NCBI GenBank assembly: GCA_040767965.1
Contig: JAXGNR010000004.1
Location: 192,001 to 256,000 of the forward strand
DNA: 64,000 nucleotides
Source of the DNA: Atribacterota bacterium
GTDB lineage: Bacteria > Atribacterota > Phoenicimicrobiia > Phoenicimicrobiales > Stramentimicrobiaceae
Direction of reading: 5' to 3'
Position 1 is the stretch's first letter. Each line of letters opens with the position of its first letter. A program made the position numbers and the translations under genes. Under the pieces are notes generated by a model that ran no database searches, was not told the DNA's origin, and saw nothing but the letters and a program-made list of their open reading frames with translations. Positions 8,336-18,523 of this stretch are shown here, piece after piece.

Positions 8336-8363
8336 ATTGTCACAGGGACGGTTCTTTTGACAA
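8336..8363. repeat. REP-like repeat copy 2
   Basis: attgtcacagggacggttcttttgacaa immediately after the stop codon, as for copy 1. Confidence 0.7.
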
Positions 8364-8516
8364 CATAAAATACTTCTCGAAGCATAAAATAGATAAGTAT
8401 TCTAATCCATTGCCAGCAGAAGAGGATTGAATTAAAAAGAATAGTACACTAAATTCACTGACACTGATAGAAAAAGTATAGATTTTAACAATATTAATAT
8501 TGTTAAGTGTGATGAT

Positions 8517-10658
8517 ATGGAATCAAAAGAAAATATGAATCAAAGAAAGAACAAAATATCATTATGGAATGAAAGCATCATTGCGGTTTTGGCAGCTATA
8601 GTAATATTTATCCCTATTATCTTTTATCCATATTGCATTCCTGCATTCGATCCAATTAAAAATACTGTCCTGCAACTACTAGCTTTGCTGGGACTGGGTA
8701 TATTTGTTCTAAAAAATATTTATACAGAGAAATTTTCTTTTGAAAAAAAACCTGTTGATAAAATTATTTTTCTATACTTATTGTATGGCTCAATTTCACT
8801 AATCTGGTCTGTAAATATTTACCACAGCATTATGGCTTGGCCTTTATTCTTGGCAGGTCCGATATTATACTTTCTTTCTTCAAATACAGTTAAAAAACAG
8901 CCTAATTTGAATTTTTTAGTATTAATTATTTTATATTCAGGAACCATTAAGGGTTTTTATGGAATTCTACAGTATTTAGGAATTGATTTTGATTTCTGGG
9001 CTGGAAATGTTAACCGTGGACAGGTTTTCGGCTTGTTTGGAAATGTAAATTATTTTGCGGAATATTTGATATTACCATTATCTTTAGCTCTGGGTTTATT
9101 TATAAATAAAGAGCGGGTGTTCTCACGATTATATTTAATTATTTCTTTAATTGCCATGGGCGGAGGATTGTTTTTTACTTTTACCAGAGGATCTTATCTG
9201 GGTATTGCAGCAGCTTTAACAGTTATGATGGTTTTATACTACCAAGGATCAATAGAAAAAACGCATAAAAAATATTACCAAAGAATGATCCTATTTTTTC
9301 TTATAATGATATTTATTGCTTTGGCTGTTATTTACATTCCTCATACTTTTAACAAAGCAGGTACTCCGCTAGGAAGGCTTAGAGAAAGAGTAACCATTGA
9401 AAATATTACCTCTGGCAATAATACCATACGAAGAATTGCCATTTGGAAAATTACCTGGTTAATGATAAAGGACCGTCCTGTATTAGGTTCCGGAATAGGA
9501 ACTTTTGATTACCATACTTTGGATTATCAGGCAAAATTTTTTGCCCAGGGAGATAATAGAGATATTTACCCTCATGGTTTTGCTGCACAGAGCCATAATG
9601 AATATTTGCAGATATGGTCTGAATTGGGATTAGTCGGATTATTGTTGTTTCTTGGAATTACTTTTGTCTATTACAGGCATGTCCTGTTAAATTTAAAAAG
9701 AATAAATAAAATAAAAGAAAAAGCAATTGTTATTGGCCTGGCAGGGGGTATAGCAGCAGTTTTAGTAGATGCCCTGGTTAATTTCCCTTTACAATTGCCT
9801 GGTTCTATTGTCTTATTTTGGTTATTCATTGGCCTTACTAACACTCAAATAAATATATCCTGTAATACTGCACAGTTGGCTGGTAAAGAAGATACAAATA
9901 CCAGGATAATCGATTCAAAAAATATTAATACTCATCAAAAAAATACTGATAGCAATTCACAGAAAAGATTTATTTCAAATAATATTGTAAAAATTACTCT
10001 GACAGTATTGGTAATATTAATTATTATCATTGCTTCTAGTTTTATTATCAGGCCTTTTATAGCCAGGGTTTATTGGTATTATGGTAATCGACAGATAGTT
10101 AAAGGAAACTTTAATGAAGCTATCAGTATATATGAAAAAGGATTAAAATGGAACCCCTGGCAGGGAGAGATGCATTTTGACATTGCAAGTATTTTAATGA
10201 GTAAAGGAATAAATAATGTAGCTTTAGAAAATTTTGAGCAAGCAGAAAAGTATGTTGCACATCATAATATACCTCAGAATATTGCTGCTATTTATTTAAG
10301 ATGGGGGGAAGCTGAAAGAGCAATTCCTTTCCTGGAAAAGAGCATTTTATATCAAAAAGACAAAAAGAGTATGCTTCCTTATCAATTACAATTGGGGAAT
10401 ATATATTTAGCTAAAAAAAACTTTCAAAAAGCCAAAGAATATTTTGGTTCTGCTATTGATAATAACCCGGATAATGCTGAAGCATATTATGGAATTGCAG
10501 GGGTTTATGTAAATACCGGAGATAAAGAGCTGACTGTTGAATCTTTAAAAAAGGTAATTGAATTAGCTCCGGAAAGCAAATTGGCTGGTTATGCTAAAAC
10601 TATGTTAATTAAAATAGAATTAGATAGCATAAAAGATACTTCGGTTTTTATCGAGTAA
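8517..10658 (+). CDS. O-antigen ligase / O-oligosaccharyltransferase family (Wzy_C) membrane protein with C-terminal TPRs
   Basis: Multiple TM helices; FGNVNYFA, TFTRGSYLG, R..IW..., GSGIGTF, HNEYLQIWSELGLVG motifs; TPR repeats at C-terminus. Confidence 0.88.
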   Translation: MESKENMNQRKNKISLWNESIIAVLAAIVIFIPIIFYPYCIPAFDPIKNTVLQLLALLGLGIFVLKNIYTEKFSFEKKPVDKIIFLYLLYGSISLIWSVNIYHSIMAWPLFLAGPILYFLSSNTVKKQPNLNFLVLIILYSGTIKGFYGILQYLGIDFDFWAGNVNRGQVFGLFGNVNYFAEYLILPLSLALGLFINKERVFSRLYLIISLIAMGGGLFFTFTRGSYLGIAAALTVMMVLYYQGSIEKTHKKYYQRMILFFLIMIFIALAVIYIPHTFNKAGTPLGRLRERVTIENITSGNNTIRRIAIWKITWLMIKDRPVLGSGIGTFDYHTLDYQAKFFAQGDNRDIYPHGFAAQSHNEYLQIWSELGLVGLLLFLGITFVYYRHVLLNLKRINKIKEKAIVIGLAGGIAAVLVDALVNFPLQLPGSIVLFWLFIGLTNTQINISCNTAQLAGKEDTNTRIIDSKNINTHQKNTDSNSQKRFISNNIVKITLTVLVILIIIIASSFIIRPFIARVYWYYGNRQIVKGNFNEAISIYEKGLKWNPWQGEMHFDIASILMSKGINNVALENFEQAEKYVAHHNIPQNIAAIYLRWGEAERAIPFLEKSILYQKDKKSMLPYQLQLGNIYLAKKNFQKAKEYFGSAIDNNPDNAEAYYGIAGVYVNTGDKELTVESLKKVIELAPESKLAGYAKTMLIKIELDSIKDTSVFIE

Positions 10659-10764
10659 ATAAAAACAAACACTCTTTTAGTGTTTTTCAAAGATTAAATA
10701 TATTTTCAATTATTTAAAAAACAAATTTTTTGAACTATATTTTAGGATTAGGTATAATAAAAAT

Positions 10765-11571
10765 ATGAAAAAAAATAAAAAATCAATTAAAAAAATAATT
10801 TTTTCTTATATTGTGATTTCAGCACTGATTTTATTATTCTCTACTTTTTCTGTTTGTGCCCAGAACGATCCTGATAAAAAGGACAGTTACTCAATCCCTG
10901 CTGAAATATCCAAAAATGTATTGATCGAACTTTTTATCAATAAGGGATGCTCTGTTTGCCCTAAAGCAGCATTTTGCCTGGAGGAGATTGTGTGGGGGTA
11001 TGAACCAGGTAAGGTAATTTTGGTAGAAAGCCATATTTGGGGTGATGGTTTTGACACACCAGAAACCAATACCCGTTATAACTGGTATGCTGGTGATGGA
11101 CCTAAAGGAACTCCTGATGCCTTTTTTAATGGAATGTCAGACAGGATGCAGGGTTTATGTTGTGATTGCGGTGATATAGATGAAAACATTTCTGCCTATC
11201 AGGAGATAATCGAAAAACATTTAAGCAAAACAACTCCTATAAAAATAACAGCCAAGCAGGAAATATATGGTGATAAGATAATCATAGAAGGAGAAGTTGC
11301 CAATAAAAGTCATTCCATGTTAAACAATCTATTTTTAAGTGGAATTATCTATTTTGAAGGAGATGAGAGCGAGTTTTTCTACCTGACTAAATATATATTT
11401 GAAAATCAGGATATCTGTCAGTTAGCACCTCTGGAAAATCGTAAATTCAGCTTTGTTGCCGACTTAGAATTAAACAAATTAGAAAAAATTGAACAGCAAA
11501 AATATCGAGGGGTGGTATTTGTGCAAGAAAAACTAAGCAAGGAAGTAGTGCAATCTTTTCTTATTCCTTAA
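10765..11571 (+). CDS. Exported Omp28-like thioredoxin-fold protein (CSVC)
   Basis: Signal peptide; VLIELFINKGCSVCP, GTPDAFFNG; extra CCDC; C-terminal GVVFVQ Ig domain homologous to 6804. Confidence 0.75.
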   Translation: MKKNKKSIKKIIFSYIVISALILLFSTFSVCAQNDPDKKDSYSIPAEISKNVLIELFINKGCSVCPKAAFCLEEIVWGYEPGKVILVESHIWGDGFDTPETNTRYNWYAGDGPKGTPDAFFNGMSDRMQGLCCDCGDIDENISAYQEIIEKHLSKTTPIKITAKQEIYGDKIIIEGEVANKSHSMLNNLFLSGIIYFEGDESEFFYLTKYIFENQDICQLAPLENRKFSFVADLELNKLEKIEQQKYRGVVFVQEKLSKEVVQSFLIP

Positions 11572-11681
11572 ATAAATAGTATCATGTAAAAAATATTTTA
11601 GTTCTTTAACAATTTCGAAGCACAATTTATACTAAGATTAGTGAAATATTTAATTCTAAAAGGCAGGTTAGATGCAGTAAA

Positions 11682-12296
11682 ATGGGGAAAAATTATAGAA
11701 AATCCAAAATAATAATTTTAAATGTTGCATTAATAGTAATATTTATTTTATCCGGCATAAGCCAAGTATTTGCACAATGTGAAATATCTTCTCCTGCTCC
11801 CGATTTTATATTACAGGATTTAAACGGGGAAACTTTCCAGTTAAACCAGATTAAAAATAAGTATCAATATGTTTTAATCAGTTTTTTGCAGGCAAATAAC
11901 TCTAATTCAATTAATAAATTAAGTGAGCTGGTAAACTTTTTTGAAAACTGTAAACCAGCAGAAAATTACCTTCTTTTAGCTATTCTTGCTGATACAGAAA
12001 ATTCAGAGTTTCAAAAAGATAAGTTTATTAATTTACAAAAAAGAACAGAGGTTCCTATAACATTATTATCTGCTGAAGATAGTCAGGTATTAGAAGATTA
12101 TCAAATAGAAGGATATCCTACAATTATTTTATTAAGAAATGATCTTTGTGTCAGGAAAATATATTCAAAATTTACTGACCATGTTGAGAAGTCTTTTTAT
12201 CAGTATCTTACATTTATAATGGCCTGCCAGAAATCCAGCAATAATAACAATAGTTCCTGTGATAGTGGAGTTTGTCCACCACCTGCCGGTTATTAA
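11682..12296 (+). CDS. Exported TlpA/AhpC-TSA-like redoxin lacking the CxxC site
   Basis: APDFILQDLNGE, YQIEGYPT cis-Pro loop; CxxC position reads NSNS; Cys-containing C-tail CDSGVCPPP. Confidence 0.7.
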   Translation: MGKNYRKSKIIILNVALIVIFILSGISQVFAQCEISSPAPDFILQDLNGETFQLNQIKNKYQYVLISFLQANNSNSINKLSELVNFFENCKPAENYLLLAILADTENSEFQKDKFINLQKRTEVPITLLSAEDSQVLEDYQIEGYPTIILLRNDLCVRKIYSKFTDHVEKSFYQYLTFIMACQKSSNNNNSSCDSGVCPPPAGY

Positions 12297-12322
12297 AAAT
12301 TAAATAATACAGGAGGGAAGAG

Positions 12323-14091
12323 TTGGATTATATAGCGAAATACCAAAAATGGCTAAAAAGTTCTTTTCTTAGTGCAGAGGACAAGAATGAACTGCTTTCT
12401 ATTTCCGAAAACAAAGAAGAGATACAGGATCGTTTTTATAAAGAGTTAGAGTTTGGGACAGCAGGATTGCGCGGTAAGATTGGCATGGGAACTAACAGAA
12501 TGAATATATATACAGTTGGAAAAACTACCCAGGGCCTGGCAAACTATTTACTGCAAAATACAGAAAGCCCTCAAGAAAGAGGAGTAGCCATTGCATATGA
12601 TTGCAGGTATAAGTCCCGGGAATTTTCTGCAAGGGCAGCCCAGGTACTGGCAGCTAATGGTATTAAAGTTTACCTTTTTGAGGATATCAGACCAACTCCT
12701 GAATTATCTTTTGCTGTTTATCACCTGCAAGCTGCTGCTGGCATAGTTATAACTGCCAGCCATAATCCGCCAGAATATAATGGTTATAAAGTTTATGCGG
12801 AAAATGCTGCTCAAATCATGCCGGAAACAGCTGATAAAATAATTGAAGAAATAAGCAAGATCAAAGATGATTCTGCAGTTAAAATAATTTCTTTACAAGA
12901 AGCACAGAATAGTTCTTTGGTAATAAATATCGGGGCAGATATAGATAAAATATATTATCAAAAAATAAAACAACTCTCTTTGAGTGAAGATATTGACAAA
13001 AAAGTCAAAATAGTATTTACCCCATTACATGGTACCGGCAATCGACCTATAAGGGAAATCTTAGAAAGCCTGAATTATGAAAACTTGTCGATAGTGGAAG
13101 AGCAAGCAGGCCCTGACCCGGAATTTTCTACTGTTGACTCCCCCAATCCGGAAAATCCGGCAGCATTTAAAATGGCGGTAAAATCAGGGCTGAAAAAAAA
13201 TGCTGATATTCTGATTGCAACTGATCCTGATTGCGACCGGATTGCAGTGGCAGTTTTCAATCCTAAAATTTTTGAAAAATGTAACGATGAGGCAAACTTG
13301 TTTGACACTATAAATAATTATGTTTTTAAATGGTAATCAGACAGGTGCCCTGTTACTAAATTATATTTTAGAGAAGAAAAGAGAATAACCAGCTACCAAT
13401 AGGATCTTTTGTCATTAAAACAATAGTAACTTCAGATCTGGGGAAAAAAGTAGCAGAAAAATACAATATTCAGATCTATGATACTTTAACAGGATTTAAA
13501 TTTATCTGCAATAAGGCAATGGAACTTGAAAAAAAAGGTGGTACTTTTTTATTTGGCTATGAGGAAAGTATCGGTTATCTGGCAGGAAATTTTGTCAAAG
13601 ACAAAGATGCGGTTATCTGTGCTATGCTGATTGCAGAAATGACCGCTTATTATAAGAAAAGAAACTTATCGCTTTTGGATGTGCTTGCTGATTTATACGG
13701 ACAATACGGATATTTCCTGGATCATCTGGAATCCATTACCTTAGAGGGAATGGCCGGGGAACTGCAAATGAAAAAAATAATGGCTTCTTTTAGAGAGCAA
13801 TTTCCAGTTATTCCCGGAATGGATGTTGCCCAAAAAATAGATTACCTGTCATCATTTCAATATGATTATCTTAAAAAAGAACAAAAATTGATTGATATCC
13901 CGCAAGAAGATGTTTTAAAGTGTTTTTTTACCGATGGGTCCTGGTATGCAATTCGCCCATCAGGTACTGAACCAAAAATAAAGATTTATATGTCTTTAGT
14001 GGGCAAAGATAAAAAACAATCTGAAGAAAAGCTATTGAAAATGAAATCTGTAATTTTACAAAAGATAAACAGTATTTTAAAGTATTCTTAG
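12323..14091 (+). CDS. pgm: Phosphoglucomutase/phosphomannomutase, split by two apparent indels near 13325 and 13386
   Basis: FGTAGLRG, TASHNP, DPDCDR, then LNGNQTG, KTIVT, LTGFK in shifted frames, GYEESIG, RPSGTEPKIK. Confidence 0.88.
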
Positions 14092-14954
14092 GGTAATTCA
14101 AGGACATTGAATTCAACATCTTCAAGATTAATCAGTAATAATTTATTTCTTAAAGAAGTTCCTCTGTTTAAAAGTACTTTTAGCACTTCCTGAACTTCCA
14201 AAGATGCTATTAAGGCCGGAGAGGCAGGTAAAACACTCAGGCGATTTTCGGAATTATCTTTTGTGTAATTTTCCTTTGGCCCATAGATATTCTGCAAACC
14301 TTTATCTTCAGGGAAAATAGTGCTAACCTGTCCAATAAAACCACCTACTGCCCCATGGATAAAGGGTATTTTTAATTTCTTACAACCTTCTTCAATAATA
14401 AAGCGACTTGGGATATTATCCAGGGCATCAACCACTATGTCAGAACCTGAAATTATTTCCCGGACATTTTCTGAGTCTATAAAACAGGAATAGCTGGTGG
14501 TATTGATACTGGAATTGATGTGTTTTATTCTTTCAAGAGCTTTTTCTGCTTTTTCGATTCCGATAGCATGCTCAGTGCATAATAATTGCCGGTTAAGGTT
14601 GCTTTCATTAAAAATGTCTCCATCAATAACAGCTATATTTCCAATACCTGTTCTGGCTAAGAGCTCTACTATATTGCCGCCTAATCCGCCACAACCGACT
14701 ACAGCTACAGTAGACTGAAGCAACTTAATTTGATCAGAAAAGCTAATAGTATCATAATTGCGCTCATAACGAGTGGGCATAATATCCTGCTGTAATGATA
14801 ATATTTCAACTTCTAAAGGCGATAGTGAATATTTTTTGGCAATATGTTTAACTTGATTGGTGGTAATTGTGAAAATAAAACTTTTCTGCGATAATTGTTT
14901 TTCCTTTATCTTTCCCAATTCGTTTATAATTTCTTTTATATTTTTATTTTTCAT
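14088..14954 (-). CDS. ThiF/MoeB/HesA family E1-like adenylyltransferase
   Basis: RYERN, GCGGLG, DGD..NESNLNRQ, DALDN..SR; no Zn-binding CxxC pairs. Confidence 0.88.
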   Translation of the reverse strand: MKNKNIKEIINELGKIKEKQLSQKSFIFTITTNQVKHIAKKYSLSPLEVEILSLQQDIMPTRYERNYDTISFSDQIKLLQSTVAVVGCGGLGGNIVELLARTGIGNIAVIDGDIFNESNLNRQLLCTEHAIGIEKAEKALERIKHINSSINTTSYSCFIDSENVREIISGSDIVVDALDNIPSRFIIEEGCKKLKIPFIHGAVGGFIGQVSTIFPEDKGLQNIYGPKENYTKDNSENRLSVLPASPALIASLEVQEVLKVLLNRGTSLRNKLLLINLEDVEFNVLELP

Positions 14955-15223
14955 TACCCACCTGCCATCATTAAAAAGAGTTTTAATTCACATGAGTGCC
15001 GGATTAAATACTCTTTATTGATATTTTTTTCTCCATTCAAAAGAATAATCCCCAGATAGTCATCTTTTATTCTGCTATCTTTTAAAACCTGCTCTACTTT
15101 TACCGGATTGTCATATTTCAGTTCAAGAAGCTGAGTATTTTTCAATAAATCTTCTTTGCTGCTCAGATATTTCGGTATGGATAGCTTTATTTTAATTGTC
15201 TTCTTAAATTTTTTCTGGTTCAA
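14954..15223 (-). CDS. MoaD/ThiS-like ubiquitin-like sulfur carrier
   Basis: 89 aa, ILLNG, C-terminal AGG di-glycine, coupled to the ThiF gene. Confidence 0.8.
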   Translation of the reverse strand: MNQKKFKKTIKIKLSIPKYLSSKEDLLKNTQLLELKYDNPVKVEQVLKDSRIKDDYLGIILLNGEKNINKEYLIRHSCELKLFLMMAGG

Positions 15224-15440
15224 TAATAGTTTGTCTTTCTATATTTGATTATAATTATAACAGTCTGGTCAAGGTTTTTTTGCTGAGAACGAGAAAAATA
15301 ATTCAAAAATAGAATAAGTATTTTGGGTATCTGAAATATGTATTTACTGTTTTTATGAATAAATATTTATTATACTTGTAAAGATTTCAATGTTATAATA
15401 AAAATATCTAATTTATAATTAATTAGTTGAGGTATATAAA

Positions 15441-16025
15441 ATGGATATTTTAGAAATTCTTCAAAGTATGTCTGGTAACAGTTCAGCACTTAAACAATTA
15501 AATAAAAAAGTTGATGCTGAACCGGAAAAAGTGGAGAAGGCAGTACAAATCAGCATTCCAATGCTAATGGAGGCATTAAACCGTAACACAAATAACCCCC
15601 AGGGTGCCCAGTCTCTGGCAAAAGCTCTTGATCAGCATCAGAATGACAATGTAGATAATCTGGAAAAATTTTTACAAAATGTTGATATGGCAGATGGCTC
15701 TAAAATACTTGAGCATATTTTTTCAAATAAAAATCAGACAGTGCAAAATAGTCTTTCCAAAACAACAGGCCTTCAGCAAGACCAGATTGGTTCAATTCTA
15801 GCCAGTCTTGCTCCAATGTTGTTAGGGTTTTTAGGCAATCAGAAAAAAGCCCAGAATTTAGATGCTGACGGCATATCCAACCTGACTTCTTCTTTATCTC
15901 AAAACCTGCAGAAAAATACAGGCGGAAATCTTTTTTCACTGGCTACCAAATTGTTAGATGCCAATAAAGATGGCAGTATTATTGATGATGTATTAAAAAT
16001 GTTTGGTAAATTTAAAAAAAGATAA
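15441..16025 (+). CDS. DUF937-type helical protein
   Basis: P.L..AL.RN...GA.SL..AL.QH, DG.KIL.HIF, LD.N.DGSIIDD motifs. Confidence 0.75.
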   Translation: MDILEILQSMSGNSSALKQLNKKVDAEPEKVEKAVQISIPMLMEALNRNTNNPQGAQSLAKALDQHQNDNVDNLEKFLQNVDMADGSKILEHIFSNKNQTVQNSLSKTTGLQQDQIGSILASLAPMLLGFLGNQKKAQNLDADGISNLTSSLSQNLQKNTGGNLFSLATKLLDANKDGSIIDDVLKMFGKFKKR

Positions 16026-16073
16026 AATATAACCTGCAACAGGTTAATTAAAATAAAAAATAAGGATATTAAA

Positions 16074-18464
16074 ATGAATGATAGTATTTCTTTGTATGAA
16101 AAATTAGGGCTTTTTTATCTAGGAAAGGAAGTAGATCCTAAAACATTTCAAAGCACCCAAAATCTGTTTCTCTATAAATCAAAGGACTTTACAACACATG
16201 CTGCTATAATTGGAATGACTGGCAGTGGTAAAACCGGTTTGGGGATTTCTATCATAGAAGAAGCAGTAATTGATAAAATACCCTCAATTATCATTGATCC
16301 TAAGGGAGATATGGGAAACCTGTTATTAGCATTTCCCGATTTAAAGGCAGAAGATTTTCAGAAATGGATAGACCCGGCTGAAGCTGAAAATAAAGGAATG
16401 GATCCAATAAGATATGCAGAAAATACTGCAAAAAACTGGGAAGAGGGATTGCACAGCTTTTTTCAAAATAAAGAAAGAATTGCTTTTTACAAAGATAATG
16501 CTGATTTTTCTATCTACACCCCTGGTAGTTCAGCTGGCATACCCATGTCAGTTTTAAGTAGTTTTGATGTTCCTTCACCGGATGTCCTTAATGATCCGGA
16601 TACCTTTTCTTCAATTATAAATTCTACCGTGATGGGATTACTTTCACTGGTTAAGATTGAGGCTGATGTGCTGACCAGCAAGGAATATATCTTATTAGCA
16701 GCCATTTTTACCCATTTTTGGAAAAACAATAAAAATTTATCACTGGAAGAAATTATTGGATATATCACCAATCCGCCATTTGATAAAATTGGTGTTTTAA
16801 GTCTGAATCATTTTTATCCTCAAAAAGAAAGATTTGCACTGGCTATGCTTTTAAATAATATTTTGTCCAGTCCCGGATTTTCAATGTGGTTAGAAGGCGA
16901 AAGATTGGATATCCAGAATCTCCTGTATACTAAAGAAGGTAAACCAAAGGTAAGTATCCTGTCCATTGCTCATCTTGATAATAGTCAGAGAATGTTTTTT
17001 GTAACATTATTTTTGAATAAATATATCAGCTGGATGAGACAGCAAAGAGGCACTCCTTCCTTGAGAACAATCCTTTATATGGATGAGATATTTGGATTTT
17101 TCCCGGCTACCGCAAGTCCTCCTTCTAAAAAGCCTATGTTGCTTTTACTGAAGCAGGCCAGGGCTTATGGTGTTGGCATAGTTCTGGCAACACAGAATCC
17201 TATTGATATAGACTATAAAGGACTTTCCAATATTGGCAGCTGGTTTTTGGGGAGGCTGCAGACCAGGCAGGATAGAGATCGGGTAATTGATGGTTTGCTT
17301 AAAAATACAGAGAATTCTTTAAATAAAAGCGATATTGAATCCCTGCTGGCTAATATGAAAAAGAGAACTTTTCTGTTAAAAAGTGCACACCTTGATGAAA
17401 TTCCAATATTGGAAACAAGGTGGGTGTTATCTTATCTGAGAGGACCTCTCTCCAGTATGGAAATAAAAGAATTGATGGAAAATAAGAAAGAATCTCCAGA
17501 AGAAAACAAAGCAGAACAGCACAGTTATCTCTGGAAGCAGGGGGAAAATTCCTCAGAAACAACAGAGGTGCTTCCTCTTATTTCTGATAAAATTAAACAA
17601 TATTTCCTGAATAATCCCCCATTTGGCGAAGAAGTAATTTACGAACCAACAATAATCTTGAATGGTAGTATAAGATTTTACAATCAATCCAAGCGTGTTG
17701 ATCAAAAAGAGAATGTATCTCTTAAATTACCAGTGAATAAAGACATGACTGATATTAATTTCCATGATGCCTTGCCCAATGATGATGATATAAACATGTA
17801 TGATATAAAACCTTTTGAACAGGCGCACTTTTCTTTATTACCTTCTTTTTTAGAAAAAATTAAAGATGTAAAGACGATCGAAGATAAGTTCAAGAATTAT
17901 TTGTATGATGAGAAAAGAGTAGAATTATATAATTGTAAGGAATTTAAACTGCTATCCATCCCGGGAGAAGAATTATCTGTCTTTAAATCCCGGATAATGG
18001 ACCTTATTAGAGAGGAAAAAGACAAAGCTGTTGAAAAATTAACTGAAAAGTATACCAAAAAAGAAGAAAAATTGGAAAAAGATTATGCAAAGCTTCTAGA
18101 AAAACTGGAAAAGGAAGAAGCTGAAGTCAAGGCAGCAACAACACAAAGCGCTTTATCGATAGGTTCCAGCGTATTAGGTGCTTTGCTGGGGAGAACTAAA
18201 GTGGGGACATTGAGTTCCAGTGTAACAGGTTTAAGTAAAGCCAGTAGAGTGTTAAAGCAAAAAAAAGATGTGGATCTGGTAAAAAAGAAGATAGAGAAAC
18301 TTACCGTGGATATTAATAAACTGGAAGAGGATCTAAAGCAAAATATAGAGGATATGTCAGTGGAATTTGATATTGATAAATATACCATTGAAACAATAAG
18401 CATCAAACCTAAAAAGAGTGATATTTACGGGATTAAAGTTGCTTTATTATGGGATTCTAAATAG
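16074..18464 (+). CDS. HerA/FtsK-superfamily P-loop ATPase (DUF87/DUF853-like) with C-terminal coiled coil
   Basis: THAAIIGMTGSGKT Walker A, IIIDPKGD, LYMDE Walker B, LKQARAYGVG arginine finger, LATQNP. Confidence 0.85.
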   Translation: MNDSISLYEKLGLFYLGKEVDPKTFQSTQNLFLYKSKDFTTHAAIIGMTGSGKTGLGISIIEEAVIDKIPSIIIDPKGDMGNLLLAFPDLKAEDFQKWIDPAEAENKGMDPIRYAENTAKNWEEGLHSFFQNKERIAFYKDNADFSIYTPGSSAGIPMSVLSSFDVPSPDVLNDPDTFSSIINSTVMGLLSLVKIEADVLTSKEYILLAAIFTHFWKNNKNLSLEEIIGYITNPPFDKIGVLSLNHFYPQKERFALAMLLNNILSSPGFSMWLEGERLDIQNLLYTKEGKPKVSILSIAHLDNSQRMFFVTLFLNKYISWMRQQRGTPSLRTILYMDEIFGFFPATASPPSKKPMLLLLKQARAYGVGIVLATQNPIDIDYKGLSNIGSWFLGRLQTRQDRDRVIDGLLKNTENSLNKSDIESLLANMKKRTFLLKSAHLDEIPILETRWVLSYLRGPLSSMEIKELMENKKESPEENKAEQHSYLWKQGENSSETTEVLPLISDKIKQYFLNNPPFGEEVIYEPTIILNGSIRFYNQSKRVDQKENVSLKLPVNKDMTDINFHDALPNDDDINMYDIKPFEQAHFSLLPSFLEKIKDVKTIEDKFKNYLYDEKRVELYNCKEFKLLSIPGEELSVFKSRIMDLIREEKDKAVEKLTEKYTKKEEKLEKDYAKLLEKLEKEEAEVKAATTQSALSIGSSVLGALLGRTKVGTLSSSVTGLSKASRVLKQKKDVDLVKKKIEKLTVDINKLEEDLKQNIEDMSVEFDIDKYTIETISIKPKKSDIYGIKVALLWDSK

Positions 18465-18523
18465 TTTTTGACTAGAATTTTAAAAGTTAAAAACAAATTA
18501 AATAAATATGTAAGGAGGTTGAA

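Noticed and set aside
7556-8363. CRISPR array or integron attC sites from the 28-bp repeats
   Set aside because: Only two copies 780 bp apart, no spacers, no cas or integrase, no attC R-box architecture
14088-18464. Ubl/E1 or the HerA ATPase as anti-phage systems (Bil, CBASS type II, Sir2-HerA)
   Set aside because: No E2, JAB, CD-NTase, Sir2 or nuclease partner nearby
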